From Patescibacteria group bacterium (GTDB taxonomy: Bacteria; Patescibacteriota; Minisyncoccia; Phycocordibacterales; CAIZLB01), in NCBI GenBank assembly GCA_030917685.1, contig JAUPUG010000018.1, positions 1-50,660 on the forward strand: a stretch of 50,660 nt of DNA, read 5' to 3'. How positions within the stretch are numbered: the stretch's first letter is position 1; each line of letters begins with the position of its first letter. A program made the position numbers and the translations under genes. Positions 43,056-50,660 of this stretch are shown in pieces. The notes beneath the pieces are model-generated. The model did no database searches. It was not told the DNA's origin and was given only the letters and a program-made list of their open reading frames with translations.

Positions 43056-43532
43056 TTACTTCTTGTCACATCCTGTGCAAACACATCCCGTGTCAGTAGC
43101 TGCGCAAACACCGTCTTTTACAGGACATCCACAAGATGAGCCAACACTGTATCGTCCTGGACCTGTATATAGAAGACCAACTGATACTGCAAAGAGGGTA
43201 AGTACAAATTCGTAGCCTCCTTTACCTGCTGAAAATCCATTTGGACCGTGAACTTTAACTATTGCTACAAGCATTGTAATAGCGAGGAGTGCAGATGCAA
43301 TCTTTGATCCATAACCGACGATAAGTGAAATACCTCCAAGGAATTCTATCCAAGCGACAGCATAAGCGAGAAAAGGTGCAAATCCGAGTGATCCAAAGAA
43401 TCCAACGACACCTTCCATGCCTTGCAACTTCTGATATCCGTGCATAACAAAGATAGCACCGATGATTACTCGAATAACTAGAAGACCGAAATCTTTATTA
43501 TGGGACATACTTTTGAGTTCAACTTTTTTCAT
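43056..43532 (-). CDS. DoxX-family membrane protein with Cys-rich C-terminal tail
   Basis: DoxX-like start GLLVIRVIIGAIFVMHGYQKL and four hydrophobic segments. Tail GSSCGCPVKDGVCAATDTGCVCTGCDKK contains seven Cys. Confidence 0.7.
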   Translation of the reverse strand: MKKVELKSMSHNKDFGLLVIRVIIGAIFVMHGYQKLQGMEGVVGFFGSLGFAPFLAYAVAWIEFLGGISLIVGYGSKIASALLAITMLVAIVKVHGPNGFSAGKGGYEFVLTLFAVSVGLLYTGPGRYSVGSSCGCPVKDGVCAATDTGCVCTGCDKK

Positions 43533-43641
43533 GTTTTTGTGATTTGGCTTTTTGAGCCTTTTCCTTATTAACTTAATATACCTACCATTATAACATAAAA
43601 ATTATAAGTATGAGCGTTGTTTTTTTGATATTATACGAAGC

Positions 43642-44250
43642 ATGGAGGATGCACAAAAAATAAACGTATACATAGATGGAAACAATTTGTATCGTGCTGC
43701 TAAAGAACTCGGATTTGATTTAGACTACAAAAAATTCAGAGGGTGGCTTCGTCAAAAATATAAACCTCAATCTGTCTATCTATTTATAGGTCTTATACCT
43801 GAGCGAAGTACTTTTTACCAGCATCTGCAGGAATGTGGTTTTATCTTAATTTTTAAACAGACTGTATCCATAAAGGGTACCGTCAAGGGAAATTGCGATG
43901 CTGAATTAGTCCTTAAGAGTGTCTCTGATTTTTACACAAAGACTTTTGACTCTTGTATCCTCATAACAGGCGATGGAGATTTTGGATGCCTAGTTGAGTT
44001 TTTAAGAGATTCAAATGCTCTTTCTAAAGTGTTATCACCGAGTGAAAAGCGGTGCTCAATATTAATCAAAAATAAAAATATTGAAATTACTTTTTTAGAT
44101 AGCCATTATCATAAGTTTTCAGATATGACCGTAGTTACATCTATACCAGAGAAAGTTCAAGAAACTGTGCAAAATGTTTTAAAAAATGGAAATAACATAC
44201 AAGAAAAAACCCCCGGTGCAGACGTATCTACACAAGGGTTTTCTTCGTAA
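43642..44250 (+). CDS. NYN (LabA-like) domain protein
   Basis: VYIDGNNLYRAAKELG at the N-terminus and ILITGDGDFGCLVEFL later match the acidic-residue pattern of the NYN/PIN-like domain. Confidence 0.7.
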   Translation: MEDAQKINVYIDGNNLYRAAKELGFDLDYKKFRGWLRQKYKPQSVYLFIGLIPERSTFYQHLQECGFILIFKQTVSIKGTVKGNCDAELVLKSVSDFYTKTFDSCILITGDGDFGCLVEFLRDSNALSKVLSPSEKRCSILIKNKNIEITFLDSHYHKFSDMTVVTSIPEKVQETVQNVLKNGNNIQEKTPGADVSTQGFSS

Positions 44251-44281
44251 TTATGTTTAAATAATATCAATTATAAATTTT

Positions 44282-45640
44282 ATGTCAAATAGATTAAATA
44301 AAACACCAGAAACATCTCAAAGCCTCCTCTGGGACGTGGTAATCATAGGGGGTGGACCATCTGGCATGATGGCGGCAGGACGCGCCGCAGAGCTTGGTGC
44401 AAAAGTTCTCATTCTCGAGAAGAATGAATCTCTTGGCAAGAAACTTCTCATCACAGGCGGAGGACGATGCAATGTAACAAATTCAGAATTTGATACTCGA
44501 GTACTTTTAGCAAAATTCAAAGATGAGGGTAAATTTTTATTCTCCCCTTTTTCACAATATGGTGTTAAAGAAACTTTGGATTTTTTTCACAGGCACGGCA
44601 TGGATACAAAAGTTGAAAATGAAAAGCGAACATTTCCAACAAGCGACAGTGCAGGATCTGTACTCGAAGTCTTGAAAAAATATATGGCAAGTGGACACGT
44701 AGTGATTCAGTCTAATGCTGAAGTAAGTGGTTTTATTGTTGATCGAGACACTAAAGATGTTACCCCGACCATCACAGGTGTAAAGATCAGAGGTAACGAT
44801 ACAGTTTCCGGTAAAAAATTTGTATTGGCAACTGGTGGAAAGTCTCGTCCTGAGACCGGTTCAACAGGTGACGGCTTTGCATGGGCAAAGCAACTTGGTC
44901 ACACAGTAGTAGAGCCGAGTGCATCACTTGTTCCGCTCAAGGTAAAAGATGTTTGGATTAAGAATCTTGCAGGTATTGCACTCAGCGAAGTTAAGATAAC
45001 CATTTTGCAAAATAGGGCCAGACAAAATAAGCCCATAAAAGGAAAAATACTTTTCACACATGTGGGAGTAAGTGGACCTACAGTTCTCAATCTCAGTAAA
45101 GACGTTGGTGAACTTCTTAAATACGGAGATGTGTTCATTTCAGTTGATGTACTACCAAATATTGATCAAGCTACTCTTGATACAAAACTCAACACGTTAT
45201 TTCGTACTGAGATTAATAAAAAATTGAAAAATTGTTTAGGGATGATTGGAGGTGTACATGAGGCTGACAATAGCCCAGTTCTACCTACTGCACTTATAAA
45301 GTCCGTAATAGAGATTTCAGGTGTAGACGGAGAAACACCAGCACATAGCATTACAAAAGAAGACCGACGAAAAATTCTTGCAACCCTGAAAGGTTTAACA
45401 ATGCAAATCAGTGGACTACTCGGAACTGATAAAGCAATTGTTACTTCTGGTGGAGTTGTACTGACTGAAATTGAGCCGAAGACAATGCAATCAAGAATAC
45501 ACCCCAACCTATATCTCGTTGGTGATATGCTCAATATTGATAGACCTTCTGGTGGATATAGTCTACAGCTTTGTTGGACTACTGGACATGTTGCTGGGAG
45601 TGATATTGGAAATTCCGTGAGAAATGTAACGCAAGACTAA
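44282..45640 (+). CDS. HI0933/BaiN-like FAD-dependent oxidoreductase
   Basis: Dinucleotide-binding VVIIGGGPSGMMAAGRAAELGAKVLILEK followed by the family-typical KLLITGGGRCNVTN. C-terminal GDMLNIDRPSGGY. Confidence 0.85.
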   Translation: MSNRLNKTPETSQSLLWDVVIIGGGPSGMMAAGRAAELGAKVLILEKNESLGKKLLITGGGRCNVTNSEFDTRVLLAKFKDEGKFLFSPFSQYGVKETLDFFHRHGMDTKVENEKRTFPTSDSAGSVLEVLKKYMASGHVVIQSNAEVSGFIVDRDTKDVTPTITGVKIRGNDTVSGKKFVLATGGKSRPETGSTGDGFAWAKQLGHTVVEPSASLVPLKVKDVWIKNLAGIALSEVKITILQNRARQNKPIKGKILFTHVGVSGPTVLNLSKDVGELLKYGDVFISVDVLPNIDQATLDTKLNTLFRTEINKKLKNCLGMIGGVHEADNSPVLPTALIKSVIEISGVDGETPAHSITKEDRRKILATLKGLTMQISGLLGTDKAIVTSGGVVLTEIEPKTMQSRIHPNLYLVGDMLNIDRPSGGYSLQLCWTTGHVAGSDIGNSVRNVTQD

Positions 45641-46938
45641 ACCAGCCCCTTTTTCTTCATGTTAGCCAATTTGAAAACTTCAGCTTTAGAAAGTTCTTTT
45701 TTTCGAGCAATCATAAATGCTGCAAACATACTCCAAAGTAATAGTCCGAGAGTAAATAGAGCCATCTTGAGACCAAAACTAATACCAGTTGATGGAACCT
45801 GCGAGAGGAACACTCCAGAAACCGAACTACCAACACTTGAACCGCTGGTGTATGAACTACCGTATAATCCTCCAGAATAATTTGTGTATGTAGTAGCTGG
45901 ATATGTGTAAGTTACAGGATTTGTATAAGTTGTAGGATATGAATAAGTATATCCACCACTGTAGTAATTATATCCATTGTACCCGTTGTAGTTATTATAA
46001 TTATTGTAGTTTCCGTTATAATAATTTCCTGAAACTGTTGCATACAAACTCGCACAAGATGTACCACTGTATTGTGTACAAATATTGATTGTTGCAGACC
46101 CTGGATTATTTCCATACACAGTAACAGTGTTACCACTTATACTTGCTGAAAAGTACTGTGATCCTGGATTATTCGAAATATAGTATGTCTGTGCACCGTA
46201 GTAATTCTGATTGTAATAATTGCCTGAATTGTTGTTGTTAATATACACAGTCTGAGTTTGTCCTGGAGCTACAGTTATAGAACTTTGACTTAGATATATT
46301 GAGTTATTGCCATTATTACCACCCCAAGATGAGTTAACAGTAACAGCGAGCGGAGCACAAGTTGTTGTAGTGCCCAATGAGCACACATTTATATTCACAT
46401 AACCTGTAGTTAAAGCGTTCAAAGTAAGAACACTGCCAGAAACAGAAGCGCCTACAACAGATGAGTTTGAATTTGAATTTACATAATAATTATTACCGCT
46501 GCCACCACTGATACTTACTGAAGTAGACTGCCCTTGGTTCATTATTACATTTGACTGACTGAGATATATACTGCCACCAGTTGTAGATGGCCAAGTAGCT
46601 GTTGAAGATTGCTGCCCATTGACTACGACATACACACTAGCGCCCGCTGGAATATTGTATGCTCCGGTGTTTAATGTATTACTAAAATACCCACTACTGT
46701 TTGTAGTACCAATCGATCCGACTGAATTACTGATTGATGAGCCGATTTGATAGTAGTACAGATTCACAACCTGATTTGGGTCGCCGTTAACAGATATCTG
46801 TATTGAGTTTGTACCAGACTGGGCAAAAGCTAGCGTCGGAGTCGCAGCGTGGGCGATTTGAGGAAAAGTGCTCGAAATAAGGCCAAAACCGAGTACAAAA
46901 ATGGCTATGAATAAAGATATTTTGCGTGTGTTCTTCAT
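45637..46938 (-). CDS. Cell-surface protein: signal peptide, Ig-like repeats, Asn/Tyr-rich region, C-terminal VPSTG-TM-RKK module
   Basis: Signal-like MKNTRKISLFIAIFVLGFGLISSTFPQIAHA. Two repeats start SIYLSQS..., resembling Big_2/Ig-like domains. The C-terminal 61 aa are paralogous to those of 4584..5921. The ATG at 46938 sits 9 nt from a TATTAT box; the track uses GTG 46956. Confidence 0.8.
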   Translation of the reverse strand: MKNTRKISLFIAIFVLGFGLISSTFPQIAHAATPTLAFAQSGTNSIQISVNGDPNQVVNLYYYQIGSSISNSVGSIGTTNSSGYFSNTLNTGAYNIPAGASVYVVVNGQQSSTATWPSTTGGSIYLSQSNVIMNQGQSTSVSISGGSGNNYYVNSNSNSSVVGASVSGSVLTLNALTTGYVNINVCSLGTTTTCAPLAVTVNSSWGGNNGNNSIYLSQSSITVAPGQTQTVYINNNNSGNYYNQNYYGAQTYYISNNPGSQYFSASISGNTVTVYGNNPGSATINICTQYSGTSCASLYATVSGNYYNGNYNNYNNYNGYNGYNYYSGGYTYSYPTTYTNPVTYTYPATTYTNYSGGLYGSSYTSGSSVGSSVSGVFLSQVPSTGISFGLKMALFTLGLLLWSMFAAFMIARKKELSKAEVFKLANMKKKGLV

Positions 46939-46947
46939 AATGCCCGC

Positions 46948-46976
46948 ATAATACACCTATTAGACAACGTTTTCAA
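46948..46976 (-). promoter_or_regulatory. Promoter TTGAAA-17-TATTAT, -10 box 9 nt from ATG (leaderless layout)
   Basis: Minus strand reads TTGAAA (46976-46971), a 17-nt spacer, TATTAT (46953-46948), then 9 nt, then the ATG at 46938. Confidence 0.6.
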
Positions 46977-47130
46977 GGGAACACAAAAAACTCGCATATT
47001 TACATTGATTATTATAGAATCTTTCTAAGAGTTGGACATTTTTACCCCTTCGGGCTGTCTCTGCTACCACACAAAGCGAAACAGAGACTTGTTTAACTCT
47101 TCAATTTCACCAAACCGTTCTTTTAAACAT

Positions 47131-47514
47131 ATGACGATACAATCAGCAGACGACCCTCTTGTTGAGGTTTTTTTACTAAAGAAGCCAACCATAAAACGTG
47201 TGGCGCTTATGCAAGCAATCGCAAGATGGAAAAATCAGCCTTGTCCATCAATCAAAATCAGCACGGGGACACAACGGGCACTCATTTGCCTCTGTCCAAG
47301 ACATACCGAGAGAACTCCATCATTCAGGATGTCAATTGGCGGACATTTTTCTTGTTTTGGGTGCGGTTTCTCAGGCACTTGGATTGATCTAATTGACCTA
47401 TATTACAAGCCAACGAACATCGAGGAGCTTTTGCGCATAGCCTGTGAATTTATTAGGTATAACAAAAGCGAAGACGAAGATCAATTGACTTTTGATTTTG
47501 GATACAACAGTTAA
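47131..47514 (+). CDS. Stand-alone CHC2 (DnaG-type) zinc-finger protein (127 aa)
   Basis: CLCPRHTERTPSFRMSIGGHFSCFGCGFSGTWIDLI matches the primase zinc-finger pattern CPFH.EktPSF.v....y.CFGCG..Gd.i.F. No TOPRIM or helicase-binding region follows. Confidence 0.65.
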   Translation: MTIQSADDPLVEVFLLKKPTIKRVALMQAIARWKNQPCPSIKISTGTQRALICLCPRHTERTPSFRMSIGGHFSCFGCGFSGTWIDLIDLYYKPTNIEELLRIACEFIRYNKSEDEDQLTFDFGYNS

Positions 47515-47579
47515 CACCTTACAACAAGTTTGTCGGGTGTTTTCATTTATTCAAACGTCAAATGCTATAATTATTATAT

Positions 47580-48488
47580 ATGCATGAAATCATAAGTAGA
47601 CTAAAAATTACACTCAGATATATCGTGGTTGTACTATTAACACTAATTTTCTTTGTAATAATCATATATACGATTCTCGGTATATTTACATCACCATCAA
47701 ACACTCGTGATTGGAGTGTAGATCAGAGCTTACTCCCCTATGCAGAAATTAGTACAACAACTAGCAATCTCATTCACGTTAAAAATATAAGAAACTACAC
47801 ATACAAAAGTACTTCAGAATATACACCCAATTATTACGATAAGACGTTTGATATTTCTAAGCTTAAAAAAGTATATTACATCGTAGAACCTTTTACTGGA
47901 TTCAAAGGTTCTGCTCATACATTCCTTAGTTTTGAATTTGAGTCGGCAGAATCGACCCAGACATCATCAACGACATCACCTACAGTATCAAACGATTTTC
48001 TCACAGTATCTGTAGAAATACGTAAAGAAAAAGGTGAATCTTTTTCAGCCCTCAAAGGACTTTTTAATCAGTATGAAATAATGTATGTCTTGGCTGATGA
48101 ACGGGATGCAATCAAACTTCGCTCTAACTTCCGAAAAGACGATGTGTATGTGTACCCGATCAAGACTACAAAAGAAAAAGCTTCTGCTTTGTTTTTAAAT
48201 ATTATTGAACGGGTCAACACACTCCATAAGATACCTGAATTTTACAATACAGCGTATAACACTTGTACGACCAACATAATGAGGCATGCAAACACCATAA
48301 CTCCATCAAAAATTCCATTCTCATACAAAGTACTTCTCCCTGCTTACTCAGACGAACTAGCATTTGATCTAGGTATGATTGATACTACTGCAAAAAGTCT
48401 TGAAGAGGCGCGCTTAAAATATAAGATAAACGAAAAGGCACTGCTTTATGCTGATGATGTAGATTTCTCAAATAAAATAAGAGAATAG
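47580..48488 (+). CDS. DUF4105 (Lnb N-terminal-like) domain protein with N-terminal TM
   Basis: TRDWSVDQ...IHVKNIRNYTY...SAHTFLSFEF...SVEIRKEKGESFS...YEIMYVLADERDAIKLR...FYNTAYNTCTTNI matches the DUF4105 pattern as I recall it. Confidence 0.6.
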   Translation: MHEIISRLKITLRYIVVVLLTLIFFVIIIYTILGIFTSPSNTRDWSVDQSLLPYAEISTTTSNLIHVKNIRNYTYKSTSEYTPNYYDKTFDISKLKKVYYIVEPFTGFKGSAHTFLSFEFESAESTQTSSTTSPTVSNDFLTVSVEIRKEKGESFSALKGLFNQYEIMYVLADERDAIKLRSNFRKDDVYVYPIKTTKEKASALFLNIIERVNTLHKIPEFYNTAYNTCTTNIMRHANTITPSKIPFSYKVLLPAYSDELAFDLGMIDTTAKSLEEARLKYKINEKALLYADDVDFSNKIRE

Positions 48489-48503
48489 TATATACTCTAA
48501 TTC

Positions 48504-49424
48504 ATGCCATCAATTATCCTTGCTATCGGAGCGTCTATTTTCAAAACATTCTCTACCCTCTCAGAGAAACAGGTACTTGTACGTAGCGAACCAGCAGCAT
48601 TTACAGCATCTGCTTCATTAGTTATCGCCTTCATCTCCTTGCCTCTCCTATATTTTGTTGACTATTCACATGTAGGAAACTATGCGCTGACCATGACAGC
48701 CCTATGCGCAGCCTTCTCTACCGTGTCTGCCTTCTCATCTGCGTATGTACTCAAGCATCTTGATATTAGTGAATCTGCGACACTCTTTGCACTAAGCCCT
48801 ATCGTGATTACATTCCTTGCAGTGATTTTTCTCGGCGAACAATTAGCAACGATTCAATTTATCGGTATCGGGATATCGTGTATTGGAATATTTATTCTTG
48901 AAGGACACAGACACAGCGCTAAACAAGAGGCACACATAACCCCACTCGGTAGTAACCCTGCTCACATAGAACTCCCTCTTAAACATAGTACGAAGTCTGT
49001 TTTGTATATCGCATTACTAGTTTCACTTATTTGCTTTTCATCTTCAGCAGTACTTGATAGATACATAGTTCACCACCTAGGAGTTGATCCGCTTTTCTTT
49101 CTTGTTATCGTTCAATTTTTCATACTACTTTGTTTTCTTATCATAGACATATTTAGTCGACGTGGTGGCGCAGTTGAATCATTTGATATACAGATTCTCA
49201 AGAGACGTTCTTTTTGGGCACACATATTTTTTGTGGTAATTCACAGAATCTTTCACATGTTTGCAGTACAAGGAATGGGAGCAAGTCTTCTTCACGCTAT
49301 CAAACAGTCTTCAGTTGTATTTACAACTATTCTTGGAGGAAAGCTATTTGTAGAAAAACATATGGTCCGAAGAACTATAGCATGTGTATGCGTGGTACTT
49401 GGAGTGGTGTTGGCTATTGTATAG
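48504..49424 (+). CDS. EamA/DMT-family transporter
   Basis: About 10 hydrophobic segments arranged in two halves. EamA-like LKHLDISESATLFALSPIVITFLAVIFLGEQL. Confidence 0.65.
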   Translation: MPSIILAIGASIFKTFSTLSEKQVLVRSEPAAFTASASLVIAFISLPLLYFVDYSHVGNYALTMTALCAAFSTVSAFSSAYVLKHLDISESATLFALSPIVITFLAVIFLGEQLATIQFIGIGISCIGIFILEGHRHSAKQEAHITPLGSNPAHIELPLKHSTKSVLYIALLVSLICFSSSAVLDRYIVHHLGVDPLFFLVIVQFFILLCFLIIDIFSRRGGAVESFDIQILKRRSFWAHIFFVVIHRIFHMFAVQGMGASLLHAIKQSSVVFTTILGGKLFVEKHMVRRTIACVCVVLGVVLAIV

Positions 49425-49433
49425 CTACTCATG

Positions 49434-49715
49434 CTATATAGAACTTGATGCAGTAATTCTTACATCGAAATCGTGGTGTTCAAGTGCATTTTGAGATATT
49501 AATGTATCGACACGTTTGTTTGTTTTGCGTACATCTTTTTCTAACATCTCGTACTTATTTTCAATATCGTTAAATCTCATTCCTAAGATTTCCAATAAAT
49601 CAGTTTTAAACTGCATCATAAAACCTACAGTCACGTACTCCGTACCATCAGGACCGTACGCTGGAAAAGTTGCTGTGGTGCTCTTACTATTTCTATTTTC
49701 GTCTTTGTGAACCAT
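49434..49715 (-). CDS. Hypothetical protein (93 aa)
   Basis: Isolated ORF with charged helical sequence. No motif recognised. Confidence 0.4.
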   Translation of the reverse strand: MVHKDENRNSKSTTATFPAYGPDGTEYVTVGFMMQFKTDLLEILGMRFNDIENKYEMLEKDVRKTNKRVDTLISQNALEHHDFDVRITASSSI

Positions 49716-49883
49716 ATATTTAATATTAATACTTTTAATAGCATTAGTATACGTATGAGGGATAAATTTTATATCAAGAAATAATCAATAAATTAGGCTT
49801 GAATTTACTCTCGAAAAGTTATACACAAGTTTCTTTTTGTATTTTTAAATTTTTTGTTGAAATATTTTGATACCTAGAAAAAC

Positions 49884-50660
49884 CTAACTCTCCCTCTTGT
49901 TATGCATCAATAAATCCATAGCATTTTCAAAAGACCCCGCAGGTGTAACCTTGCCGCCACCAACGAAGAATATTTCATCTGCATCTTTAATAGTATTAAG
50001 GCGGTGTGCAATAATCACTTTTGTAGTATGTGACGGAAGTCTACGTAGTGCTTCTTCAAGCAGACTTTCTGTCACAGTATCGATATTTGCCGTCGCTTCA
50101 TCGAGAATCAACAAATCAGGCTGTCTAACAATAGCTCTCATGAATGCGATAAGTTGTTTTTGACCAAGACTCATACCATCACCCGCACCTTTTATGACTG
50201 TGTCTAACCCATTCTCAAAAGACTTGAGTAACGGATCGAAGCTTTTAATTTGATTTTCAATTTCAAGGAATAACTTGTTAGTGCTGTCCTCGGAAGCAAT
50301 AGGATTTCCATATAAAATATTTTCACGAACAGTACCACTAAACAGGAATGGCTCTTGCAATATGAAACCGATTTTCTGTGTGCGTTCCTCAGGAGTATAT
50401 GTCCGAATATCCTGACCCATCAAGCGCACCTCTCCGAGAGTAGGATCGAACAGACGAGCCAACATAGATGCCGTGGTAGTCTTTCCTCCTCCAGTTGGAC
50501 CAACAAGTGCATATGTCTTACCCTTGAGGAGATCAAACGTCGCATTTCCAATTACCCATTTTTTGTCCGCCAGGTCCTTCTCGGGTGTCACTATGTCTGC
50601 AGTCATGGTTCTATTTTCTACAGTAGAATAACTAAAAGATACATCTTTAAATGAAAGAAG
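49884..50660 (-). CDS. ABC exporter ATP-binding domain (5'-truncated by window edge)
   Basis: Walker A GPTGGGKTT, signature MSLGQKQ, Walker B LLILDEATANID, H-loop IAHRL. The reading frame stays open to nt 50660 (LLSFKDVSFSY...), so the gene continues beyond the window. Confidence 0.85.
   Translation of the reverse strand, partial: LLSFKDVSFSYSTVENRTMTADIVTPEKDLADKKWVIGNATFDLLKGKTYALVGPTGGGKTTTASMLARLFDPTLGEVRLMGQDIRTYTPEERTQKIGFILQEPFLFSGTVRENILYGNPIASEDSTNKLFLEIENQIKSFDPLLKSFENGLDTVIKGAGDGMSLGQKQLIAFMRAIVRQPDLLILDEATANIDTVTESLLEEALRRLPSHTTKVIIAHRLNTIKDADEIFFVGGGKVTPAGSFENAMDLLMHNKRES

Noticed and set aside
1-50660. Alternative genetic code (UGA recoding, as in some CPR lineages) and CRISPR, tRNA, rRNA or transposon content.
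   Set aside because: Conserved genes (gyrB, murF, smc, the helicases) are intact under the standard code with no in-frame TGA needed. No direct-repeat/spacer array, cloverleaf, rRNA-like conservation or transposase/integrase motif was seen on visual inspection. No covariance-model scan was run.

Overview
Low-GC bacterial chromosome segment. Hand counts give about 35-45% GC in most genes. Coding density is high, mostly on the minus strand, under the standard genetic code. I recognised no rRNA, tRNA, CRISPR array, transposase or integrase. Housekeeping anchors are rnc-smc, a nusB-Nudix fusion, gyrB, murF, lexA, an ABC-F ATPase, a DEAD-box helicase, and HelD-like and Pif1-like helicases. Between them lie many hypothetical, secreted or membrane proteins. 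The gene content and small orphan proteins suggest a Patescibacteria/CPR-like or similar small-genome lineage, but this is inference only. The main points of interest are: (1) an envelope-focused accessory stretch at about 4.6-18.1 kb. It holds a sortase, two paralogous surface proteins with a VPxTG-TM-RKK C-terminal module, a CARDB protein, and two clearly higher-GC (52-60%) secreted-protein cassettes. It also holds a four-gene operon ending in a 1330-aa protein with a C-terminal GT-A glycosyltransferase-like domain. (2) A Cheo-type LexA box sits inside a consensus promoter that drives a 67-aa ORF, lexA and a Pro-rich membrane protein. (3) A recurrent promoter layout places the -10 box 8-10 nt from the ATG, which implies leaderless mRNAs. 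The higher-GC cassettes instead have roughly 60-80 nt C/A-rich leaders. (4) Several unusual domain architectures occur: NusB-Nudix, a short apparently hinge-less SMC, a DEAD-box helicase with a 235-aa S/G/Y/R N-terminal region, and a stand-alone CHC2 zinc finger. All family calls come from motifs read by eye. No database searches were run.
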